A stretch of DNA of 64,000 bases, taken from positions 17,298,001-17,362,000 of the forward strand of contig CM120641.1 of the NCBI GenBank assembly GCA_051362555.1, read 5' to 3'. The notes beneath the pieces are model-generated. The model saw only the letters and a list, made by a program, of their open reading frames with translations. It made no database searches and was not told the DNA's origin. The stretch's first letter is position 1; every line of letters begins with the position of its first letter. The position numbers and the translations under genes are program-made. The stretch comes from Lingula anatina. Taxonomy: Eukaryota; Animalia; Brachiopoda. Shown one piece after another: positions 1 through 12,300 of this stretch.

Positions 1-98
1 TCATGGAGTATCTATACTTCGAATGGATGTCATATGTTAAACACTATATAGATTTATACATTTTTGTTTTTAATATTGTTGTCTTTATGACCATGTGA

Positions 99-1381
99 TC
101 ACCACACAGCATCTGTTTCCTCTGGTGGGTTGTCCTTGTATTTTTCTTTTCTGATCATTGCCAGCCGCGATCTGGCTGCCTCGAGTTCCTTTTCTTTGCG
201 TATGATCTCCTCTTGAGCCATGATGATCTGATGCAAAAAAAATTAAGAAATGTTTATGTCAAGTTCCTCTACTAACCAGCCCTTCTAAAATCTTTCCCAA
301 ATATTGGTTATGAAAATCAAACCTTTACTTGTTTAACTCCACTTAGTACAAAAGTAATTACGTTAATTTTTATTGAAAATTCTTCTTATTTTATATGGAA
401 TGTCTCTCAAAAGAAGACATTAGTGTGATAAACACAAGAAAGAAAATGTTCTTCCTTTAAGAGCAAAAATTCTTTTTTTTTTTTTTTTTTTTTTGCGAAA
501 CTGGGGCAATGTCAATGATGAAAATCTTTCACTCACCTGTGCCATTCCTCCCACCATACGTTTGTTGATAGTCAGACTTTGTTCCTCCTCAGATAGTTCC
601 TTGGCCTGCTGGGCTGCCCTCACCAAGGCCTCTGTGGCCCTCTTCACAGCATTACCAGCTCCCTATGTAGAGGGACATGGAAAAGAAGGGATAACTTTAA
701 CATTGTGGGCAGAACTTGAAAACAGTAAATAATAATCTGGTAATAATGATTTTAATATTGATGATAATATAATGAACACATCACAGAAAACCTAAAGCCA
801 GAATGGACATAAGGATGATTTATCACTGGAATATTGTTTAAATGCTTCAAATAGCACTCTAAATGTTTGAAAAAGTTCAGCTGAGACTGAGGGAGAAATG
901 CACTGAGAAGAGCCTTGGACTAATGTCGTCAACTGCTTGTACAAAATGTACCCAAGGGAAATGAGAAACACACGAATTAGATGTGATGTCCATTCCAGAT
1001 AACCAAACATAATAACCAAGTAGACTTTGCTTTCATTTGCCAAGAAACTCAAAACAAATGAGGTAAACCAATTATGGCAAGTTCGATAAATTTTGCCCAC
1101 TGAAAAGCTCTCATAATTACTGTAGGTTTTGAAAACATAATCATCTAACTTATATCTGAACCACCCCCCTACTTACCTGTAGTCTCTGCATGGACACAGA
1201 GTCAGTATCTGCCTTCACCTTGCAGGCCACCAGCAGCTGTGCCGTAGAGCTAGCCACCTGTTTGGCAGAGGAGATCAACTTCTCCTCACTGGCATTCCCC
1301 TGGACCATGGAGTTGGCAGCTTCACACAGGTTGTGAGTGGCCGCAGCAACCATCTTGGCCTGAAATGAGAGAATAATTTAC

Positions 1382-1413
<32 letters not shown>

Positions 1414-2825
1414 CCAGTGGGAATTCCCAAATTTAACCATAAATTTTAAAGCCTTAACTGAAAATTTTCAGCGACTAAAAATATGATAGTGTCAACTTGA
1501 TTCATATTGGTGGAAATTTAACCATCAACCAATCAAATGTTGGAATACACATCTATAGAGAACCACTGTATCAATCGTACAAGGTACAGTCTGAGCAGTA
1601 TTTTATTATTTTTTTCAACTGTGCTTCACCATCTTTCAGATGGCCATCATGTTTCCCCATAAAGCTTAAGGTTACTTTCTGAGTCTTGAAGACCATGTAC
1701 TCACTGCTGAGATGAGTCCCTGTGACCACTGGCCATCTTCATCCAGGAAAGAAGAGGCTCTGTAGGCTGCTGTCACCTAGATCAATACATGGTGGATACA
1801 ATTAAAGTCAAATAACATGAAAAGATACACAAAACAACAAATTCATTTTACTACAGGTGAGCATATGAAGATTACATCCATATTTGTACAAGTTTAAAAC
1901 ACCACTGTAAAACTGGCAATGCAACTATTTCAATATATATGCTATATATTTTATATAACAAATAACGGAAATAATTTCTAATGCAATGCTGGTTCATTAT
2001 TCTATGGTTCAGTTTGCAGTCATAAACTCCAGTAGCCATGCCATACAAATGCTCAACCTCAAAATATTTTATCTCCTTTACAATAATATATTTTTAATGC
2101 CATTATACACATTATATGAACTTGATATACAGTGAACACCCATCTATATTATAAAACCATACGGTTGTTAACCTACTTTATATGACAGCCACCTGCGGCA
2201 AATAAATTATGTGACAGCAGGCACTTTTATACTGTAAGGTAATTACTCACAATTTCCATACACGCCAAAAATTTTAAAGAATTACTTTTTCTTAAAATGT
2301 CTTTTTTGCATATTTTTAAAAGTAAAATTGACTTCAGACGACAGTAAATCAGTTTTGTTTCAAATTTTAGGGACTTAATTACCATGGTAATAAACTAATA
2401 ACTCAACCCTGCTGATTGGTAATATTCATCTATCATGATAAAAGTAGGATAACCCTCCAAAGATTATAAACCCTGATAAAACTATATGATAATGTAATGC
2501 TATGTATAAAACTCATTGGTGCAATCAACGTTACTGTGCACAGGTAAATTAAATTTCAATAGCCATCCAAGAATTAAAAGCCAAATGAATGAAAGAGTGG
2601 TAAGAGCAAAATTTCACAAGTCAAAATGAAGCAAAGTTCTCAAGCCTGCCAAAGGCGGGTAATGAGGGAAAATTTATCTGACTTTAGTACTAATCCTACC
2701 TTGCCCTGCAATACAAGTTCCTTCTGTGCAGTACCAGCAGCCTTCACCAGCGCCGCTGTGGCTGCAGCAATGGAGCGAGCTGCCTCCAAGATTTGTTCCT
2801 CAAAGTTCAGACTTTCATCTGCCTC
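99..2825 (-). CDS. TLN: Talin C-terminal five exons: R13/THATCH (I/LWEQ) actin-binding domain and dimerisation helix, stop TGA at 101-99
   Basis: EADESLNFEEQILEAARSIAAAT ... DGQWSQGLISA ... VGGMAQ|IIMAQEEIIRKEKELEAARSRLAMIRKEKYKDNPPEETDAVW*; all introns GT-AG. Confidence 0.95.
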
Positions 2826-5800
2826 CTGAAAAGAGGAGAAACCTGGCACATACTCAAATTTGCAACATAAAAAAAGAAAACAACAGAATATAGAAGTTCA
2901 CTACTTACAACATGAGCAATAATCCTTCAGCAAAGTCTAAATATCTGAAAAGATTAAAGTCTGCATTTCTTCAGAACACACAGTGATACAGTATTTACGT
3001 TACATGTACCACACATTAGACCAGACTTGCCAGTTCTAATAAAAAAGTCTTAGTGCACCAGAAGTTGCCTATTATACACTATTTCCCTTTAGTTTAACAA
3101 TCCTGGGTGTCATATAGCATTTTAATTGTTTTGCTTTTACTAAAAATCACTTGTTCACGATTGCTTTTATGCCTAATCTAGCATATTGCAACCAAAATTT
3201 TTTTAACTCTATCACAAAAGATCAAGGTGTTGGCAAAGGTCAGCTTTTAACATCCATTCCAGCAGATAAAACTCCAGAACTCACAAATCAAACTCAACCC
3301 ATTTTCCTCCCTGAACCCTACCAACTCATCCTCCCATTCATCTGACTCCTCTTCATCCTCAGAAGTGGAATAATACAATTCTTGCAAATAGGCATAAGGC
3401 CTAAACATTGTCATACATATCCAGTAACTTATATCCCTGTCACAAACAAAAAAAGGGTTCTTCCTAAGCCAGTGGAGACCTTGCAATATAACCCTGTACA
3501 CAGACTGCATACATAGTCCCAACCTAGGGGAAAGGTCTAACATGTGTCAGGCCAGAAATAGCATTGTTTTGAAAATGGGACAAGTCACATTTGTATCCAG
3601 TGGCAGGGCCAGAATAAGAAAGAGAAGTATCAAAAAAGATCCTGAAGAAGAATGCTACTGTGTGCAGCCTGATACAAAGGTATGTGTTAACTTGATAAAT
3701 GAGTACCTCTCTCTCTCTCTCTCCTTTGATCTACCACAAAGAGGCAGTCATGCAAATTTGGAGGTGACCCAGAGTTAAAACAGATTTCCACTTCAGTCTT
3801 TCTCATCTCACTGTCACGACATTTACAATTCTAATGCCATATCTTTTCAGGGTGTATAAATCAATTTTGGCCCTCATCTCATTTGTCACTGTCATATATT
3901 CATAGATTTAGACATTAAATGTGACAGGTGCTCAGTTAAGTGATAAGAATTGCTTGCAGATGACTACACCCAGTTGCTATGGTAACAACAGGACTCTTGT
4001 CATTTGTATCTGGAAGTTAACAGTAGCTGTTTACAATGGTTTCAATTTATATGTACTGCGCTGAGCAATAGGGTGTCAATTTTCAGGTTGTTTTGCTGAC
4101 AGTCATACATGGAAAACGTATAAACATGAATTTTATTTTAAGTGGACAACTCTCTCTTAGCTTATGGTAACTAAAAAGAAAGCTGGTAAACAGGCTTTTA
4201 AGCAAATAAAAGAAAGCAGATAAAGGGGAAGGGTCAGGCTAAGGGCTTTTTTTGCACATCAAATTCTATAAATTATTTACTATTTTTTTACTCATTCATT
4301 TAAAAAATGTTGACAACTACTCCCCACATCAAAAGTAAAACAAATCTGTAAAAGCACCACTTTATGAATTATATTCATAAATGGAAAATTAAAGTGGATG
4401 GAAAATTAAAGTGGAGAAAAGCACCAAAGTCAACTGTCATGGTTGAATCAAGGATAGACAAATATTTAAACTTTTTTTTTTACCTTTTTTAAAGCACTGT
4501 ACCAAGTGACTTAAAGACTTGAAATATGTCTAAATATGTATACATGGCCGATGGAATATGATAAATCCTAACCACAAATGGAGATATTGTTTTGTTGATT
4601 CCATGCCAAGTTTCACTAGCCATGTACAACCAGAGTAAATGTAGAGATCTAACACAACATGTTTTTTTTTTACAACAGAGATATATAAAATAAGAGGGGG
4701 GAAATACAAAGCAACAACAGCCAAGTAAGTTATAATATTATATCAGTAAATCATGCTGATACTACATGTATGGAGAAATCTATCATTTTTGTGAAAAGCT
4801 ACTTTGGGAAAGATAAAAAATATATATACCAAATATTTTGAAGAAAGCAATTAATGCTGCCTTCAAAAACTGCAAATAATTTTTTAAAGCAATGTTTGTT
4901 CTTTTCCACTTTTTCTATAAAATCATTGTAAGTCAGCTTGTTATTTTCAAAGTTCAATTTACAATAACCCTCAAAAGGACCACATGTGGGCTCTTGACAT
5001 GAAAATAATACAACAAAATTCCACATTTTTTCTGACCATGACTCAAAGAAGTTCTGAACTAAAAATACAACTGTAATTCTTAAGATTTTTTTTTTTTTTT
5101 TTTTTTTGGAGGGGGGGGGGGGGGCTTAGTTTAATTCATGACAATTTTGCTTAGCATGTAAATTATTCAATTTTTAGCAGGGACAGTAATTCCATGATCT
5201 AAAATGTAAGCAAAATACCTTCGAGACAAAAAAAAAAAAAAAAGAAAATTGGAAGATATAAAAGACAAAGGGGAAAACACAATTGGTCCCTTTAAAGCAT
5301 AAGCATATTTTTTTTTTAGGTTAAATCTTGAGACTGAAGTGTATATGTGCATTAGGAAAGGGATATCACAATATCTAAGGCAGTATTCAAGCTACAACAT
5401 CAACTGTCACTGGGGGAAGCAAAGATGGTAAATGACAAAATCCTTGTCACATAATACACCAGTCAGACTGCAAAGGCAAAATGTCCTTTGACTGGCAAAA
5501 TTTTAAACATGAAATAACTAGACATTCATTACTGCTAATTTAAGCTATATTATAAATCATACACTGGAACAACACTGCTAAATAGAAAACATCAAAACAT
5601 ACTACACAAGAGAATCCCAAGACATGATATTATGCGATACAACAAATACTACATCTTATGCTAATTCAGTAAAAGATCAATCTATTTTACCTGACTGCCA
5701 TCAGCCCTCTGAGTAATAAAAGAAATCAAAAGAGAACACACTAAGTAATGAAAAGATGAAATGGAAAGCACTAGATTAGACTGATATTAACTCCATATCA

Positions 5801-8800
5801 AGATGAAATCGGTGCAAGGAGAAAATAAGACATGTCAAAAATCCTCAAGAAGTAAAAAATTATTTCATTTTCCAAAGTTAGTTAATCTGAAATCTTTGCT
5901 TGTCTTTAATTACATACATGCTGGGTGGTATATTTCTTGTTATCAGCAGATTTCAGACCAACTAACTTATCATATAATTTGTTAGAATTTTCTATCAGTA
6001 AGTCAATCAGTCAATTAATTTATCAATCAATCAATCAAAAAAATTCGGACAACTCTATTCCACTGTTGTATCACAGTTTTCCACATGATATGTTGTCTAT
6101 TTGGTGACTATCAGATTCACCACCAAATATTACAAACATATCTCATTGAAAACTGCACCCCTCTCTCTCTCTCTTCAGTAAACAACTAGTAGTCAGTCAG
6201 CAGTGCATTCGTCAGTATGTACTGGCTAATAAAACAAGAGTTAGCACTCAATTCCACTACGAATAGAACTCCTACGTGGGTACGTGACTAGCTGTAAAAA
6301 CAGGTGCAGGCTAATGGTCTTACCTCATCATCCTCGTACTCATTGTGTCGCGTGGACACGGTCATTGTTATGGGATAAGAGGACGGCTGATTATATAAAA
6401 CACATGGGAGTCACTTTGTGACTAAATTTGTTACTCAAGTCTGTTGTATATGCTGAATTTCTGATAAATTCCTATAGTTTTTTTTTTTTTTTTTACTGTT
6501 TTAATTAAGTTCATTAAGAGGATATGAATTAAAAAAATTATCTCCTACTTTTCACACCTTTCAGTATAAGTTATAATCAAGTTGACATTAGGAGTTTTTA
6601 AAAAAACTATTGAAGCATGCACTATACTGTGATTTTAGTGAGTTATGATAGCCAGCATGCAGTGTGAAATAAATATAGTGGACAACAAATTAAAATAATA
6701 CATCAGTAATGGTCTAATTCTCACAGAGTTGATCATTGTAGAAGTTAAGAAATATATTAAGCTGTATCACACCGACTCCTACCTTGGCTGGTTGCCTTGG
6801 CTTCAGAGCTGCCAGTTTCTTTGCAGCAGCTTCAATGGAGTTGGCAGCAGTGAGCAGTTCATTCTCAGCTATCACTGTGGGGTCATCTGGATCTACCCAC
6901 TCTGTGCCTGGAACAATACAACATACCATGAATACAATGAAGCTCGTGAGTTAAAATTTTAAGCAAACTAAGTTGTGTTTCACAAGCATTTAAAAAGTTG
7001 TTCATCGATTTTTTTTCTCCTTTCAACTATGCTGTTTAAGCAAATAATGATCATTATTAGAAGATTTGACTATGGCCAAGTTTTACTGTGAGCACTCTTG
7101 CTTGCTAAGAATTATTTAATCCACAAGCTCATACATGTACATTCATAAGAGCATCAGAAACTATATCAGGTTGGCAGAAGAAAAAAAAAACCTTGATTTG
7201 TAGGTGTATATTCAAACATCAATAAACAGATAATTTACCTTTGATAGCCTCGGCTGACTGTACAATTTCTGTGACAGCGTTGGCCACCTTCTTGGATGCC
7301 TGTCCAAGACTCTGCTTGTTTTCATAGGTGGGCTTCTGGATGGCCTGAAAATCAAAGCAAATTCTTTCAATTTGATAAATAAAATTATGGCTTTTAATAT
7401 ACTGGCTGAACATGAGTGTTTGATTATTCCCATTATTTTTCACTTTGCAAACACCATGTTGTCTTCCATGTGTAATGCCATGGTAATTTCTGTTCATTTT
7501 GTAAATAAAGAAATATAAAATTTAAAATGGCTTTCTTTGCACAAGAGCTACTGTTCACTTTAAAAATCATAAAATGAACATCTGTTATTTGACTTCCAAC
7601 ATCATCTCTAAACAGCTTGCAAACCTAACAAAATAAAATACATTTAATCAGTGCATAAATGTAGTGTGCAAAGGCATCAGTTTACAACTAAATATTATAT
7701 CTACAATTCTGTTGTCTTACCAGGTGCACCAAGTCAAGCAGCTCTCTGAAGTTGTGAGCACAGTCACGTCCAGATCTCAGCGTCCTATGCTTGATCTCCT
7801 CCGTCTCTGCACTCTGAGCAGCAGCCTGGTTTATAAACACAGCAACTATTACATGTTGCCTTTGTGTCACTACATATTTACATTTGGATTTGTCCAAATA
7901 GTGTTTGCAAATACAGACTCTGACCATTTGAAAAAAAATATCAAAATCAATTTGGAGATTAGACTTTCCTGAGAAAGAAATCTGGGTACAGAGGAAAGTT
8001 CTTCAGAACAAAATCTACATGTTTCAGAGATAAAGTATGGATGATTTCAAAATTAATATATCTAAACTGACTTCGAAATACCGACTTCTGCTTATGCACT
8101 TATTTCTGTATCATTACTCCTGACTAATAATTAAGTATTGGCAGAAGATTACATCAAATGAATCAGTAAAATACCTTGCAGACCACCAGTATATCAAAGA
8201 CTGCCTTGCGCCCCATGTTTGCAGCCACAATGATGTCCTCCTGTCTGCCAGAGTTTCCAGCAGCCACTGCCTTGGCTGTAGCATTGGAGATTGCCTTGGT
8301 GTGCCGGATCAGGTCTTCTGGGGTGGCCTTCAGGTCAGACTTGTCACTGCTCTCATATGCCTGAAGGAGAGCATTTTTGTGTTTACACAAAGTTTCAACC
8401 TCAGTGGTTGAGAGGACAATACAAAACAAAAAAAAAACGCAAAGAATAAAGCTATGTCTGCGATTTGTATCTAACTCCACAAAGCACAGACTGATATTCT
8501 ATAATTGTGTAATTGCCAACATACACATTTTATTAATTTCAAATCATTTCTTGTTAACAATAAGACTGTTCATGGTTCCAAGGGATTGTATTTACTGGTA
8601 TTTTAGTGATAATGATCACTTTACTTTGGAACAAAATTTTAGTGAAACAGCCTTATTTCACTCTTGTCTTGTCCAAGTGAGATTTGTTCACAGGTCTACC
8701 AATACCCAACAACCTGTGGGCATTCAGCCTGATGATGCTCTTGTGACAAGAGTGAAATTTAGCCATTTCACTTAAATTTTGTTCCAAAGTAAACGATTAT

Positions 8801-9317
8801 TATCACTAAAACACCAGTAAATAATTTTTTCTTGATAAAAAGATGCAAAGAAACATGTATATTCAATGCAAGCAGAGAGAAAGATGTCAAGCAATGTGGC
8901 TAATCTACTCAGAGGACAGTTCCCCTCACCCTAATCTCCTGTGCGATGCCCTCTATAGTGGACTCCAGTGCTCTGGTTCCTCTGGCCGCCTCATCTTCCA
9001 CTGTCTTCACTGTCTTCAGGAGGGATGTCACATTGGTCACCATAGTCTAAATATGGAAAGGTCAGGGGATAACGTAAAGGTTAAAGGTTAACAATAAGGT
9101 GAGAGGTAAAAAACTTTAGGGTGGGCAAACAAACATTTTAAATAACTATAAAATTAACTAGGAATTGACAAGAGGGTTAATTACCTCAAAGAACAAATAA
9201 GTTTCGTAGAGGAAATAAAGTAAAACAGTCTTGAGATGAGAAAAAAGGCATGGTAGCCATATAGTTTGGTATCATGCATTTAAAAGGGATATTTAGCATA
9301 AAACACTTTTAATACCA

Positions 9318-9394
<77 letters not shown>

Positions 9395-12300
9395 ATGCAT
9401 TTGTATGTGGTCATTAACGAATGACTAACATAATCAAGTTACACAATGCTTACAGCGAAATCAAAATACTACTCCTAGCAACTACTATTTCACATACCTT
9501 AGCCGAGTCCTTGAGGTTCGACATAGACGGGTCCTGCACAGGTTTTCCCGCAGCATTCTTGGTACAACTGATGAGATCAGCTAGGGCAGAGGCCACATCT
9601 TTCACTGCATTGATCAGGAGCACCTGTGCCTCAGGCTGCTCAGAGCCCAGGGATGCAGCTCCAAATTTGACCACGTCGGTGAGACGAGTTATTGTCCTAA
9701 CTGCGCTCTGGGCAGCCCCTGCCAGCTGTTCTTGGTTGGCAGCAGCACCAGCTACTAGAGTCTTGGTGTCTTCTACTAAAGCCTTGGCTGTCTTCAGTAT
9801 AGCCTCTCTGTTGAGAGAGTGATAACACAAATTAACACACACCAGATATAACAATGCACCTTATCAATAACTCTAAAACAAGCAACTTTCCTACATCAAT
9901 GGTGCAGGCTAACCACTGGTACGTAATACTTAATGAAAAGGAATTCTGAATGCTTATTCCATATATTTCCCTTCTAGCCCAACATGTTACCCTTACTATA
10001 CTGTCCCAGATCAACTTCAGGTTAATGATGCATTCAATATACTGCAATCAAGGGCATTTATAAAATAAATATTGGGTGCCATTCAGAATCTTTATAACAC
10101 AGTTTTCTCTCAGCCTGACCTTAAAACCATTCAGCCACAAATCGAAAATGCCTCACTGCCAATAATGAATAAAGTCAAACGCTTCACATTTGATAATAAT
10201 TTCAGTTTAAAGTTATCTTTATTGTCTTATATCATCCAGCAATCCCACCTGTGGTCAGCAAACTGTTCCGTGTCTGCATCAGGGTTGAGCGTCCCTGCTG
10301 TGGCAAACATGATGGTAGTGTCCAGGTCTCCAATGATCCCACTCACTGTGTGAGCAGCATTGATACAGGCCTGTGTGCCCCTAGCTCCAGCCTGGAGAGC
10401 TGCTAGTACATGGGACACCTGGAATTATTGCAGTTTCACAGATGTATCACAGCAAATTGTTTTCCCAGAATGATAGATAGATTAATTGTTCTTTATTCAA
10501 AACTGAGTGGAAAAATTCTGCAAGAGCTCCACAGAAACTAATGTAGCTGTTTGAAGGAACATATATGTAAGTGATAAACTAATCCACTCAGCCATCATGT
10601 ATTTTCCATTCTTCAAATTGGTACAGAAAAGCTGCGCTTCACTGAATTTCTCTCTGTGTTTTGTTCCAAACAGGCAAATGTAACGTAATGGACTGGTTTT
10701 CATCTGATTCAGTAATGAACTCACCTTCTCTGAGACAGCCCTGGCATGTTCCACCAGGTCTCTCTTAGCAAAGCTGTCTCCAGGGCTGCTCTGTAGATGT
10801 CCCGCATCCTGGACCAGCTCTATACACAGCCTGCCCAGGTCCTGGACTGTCCTCTTGATCTGGTGACCAATCTGGATCACAGAAGATTAACAGAGTTGTG
10901 TTACATGTAGAGCAATATTATGAGGAGGGAGTGTTATTCTTATAGCAGCTTAGGCTCAATTTATCCTTTTGAATTTCTGTTTGTAACACAAGTTTAGAAA
11001 ACGAACACCAGAGCAAGATGTCATTAAACAATGATGTCTTTGTGAAATCGGCCCCTAGAGATTGCTGAATCACATTAATACTATAGATTGAGACAATGAA
11101 CTGAGCAACTGCCATTAAATAAATGCTTTTTAGCAATGAAACATTCCCCAGTCTGAGCTCATTACCTCAGCAGTACTTGAACATGATGTTGCACCCTGAG
11201 ACTCAGAGGCCAGTTCTCCATACTCTCTGGTCAACTGGTTACCTAGGCCACCTAGCTCCTCAGGGTTGTTACTAGACTTGCCAACCTGAAGTCATAGATA
11301 ACATAGTAAAATGTTGTGATGCCTTATGTCTTATATAATGTCACCAGATCAGGCAAACCAAACTAGAGAATGTAAAGAGGGTAAATTTTTGATTTGGGTA
11401 AATATTTGATTTGGGAAATTAAGGAAAAAGGTGAGGATACTACTAGTTCAGGTTATCAGTCTTGGCCACATGACTTACCATATCCTGAGCAATCTGGGCA
11501 ATCTTCTTAGCAAGGCGCACCATGTTGGTCTGGTAGTCCACAAAAGACAGGTTCTCATGGACCACTATTCTGTCATCAGTCTGAAATTTAGATGCAGCAT
11601 ACAGCAAGATAATTAAATGTGTAAATTTATGTGCAATAGTATTGATATTTATGTAATTGAAATTCTAGCCACTTTCATCAAATTCAATTATAACAGGAAA
11701 GGCTAGACTCCTGTTTATCAAGTTCATCTACGCTACATCTTTAAACATACTTTCACACCAGCATCCCAAATATGGACTTTGTCTAAATTCAACTTTTATC
11801 ACAATTGAGCCTCCCTGCCCTGTTACCTTAGCGATAGCCTTTCCCAGGTTGTCCACCATTGCTGTGACCACTCCAGCTGTGGCTGAGGCCTCCTCCATGG
11901 TCTGCAGGAGATCTGCCATCACCTCTTTCATATTGTCTGCTGCATCATCTATGGCTGTGTGGGCATCATTAGACTAGAACAGACACAGTAACCAATAGTA
12001 TCTAGTGTATTTATTCTACACAACGAGTCACTTTCTACTGTGTGTACATCATTAGACAAGAACAGATACAGGAACTAACAATATTCATTGTACATACTGA
12101 ACCACTTATTACTGTGTGGGAATCACTAGACTGGAACAGGGTTTTCAGCGCAGGAATATATTCTTAAGAAACTGCTACTGCATGAAGACCTCACAATATT
12201 TGTACATGTATATTTCTTACAAGTGCTTATTACTGTGGTTTTTAAAAAAGTCATCCACAAAATGGGGATTCTATTTTGAGGCGCAGCTTTATTTACATCC

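Noticed and set aside
3707-3730. Possible 24-nt microexon IKGERERE
   Set aside because: It is mostly a (GA)n microsatellite with a weak donor (gtactc) and a poor pyrimidine tract.
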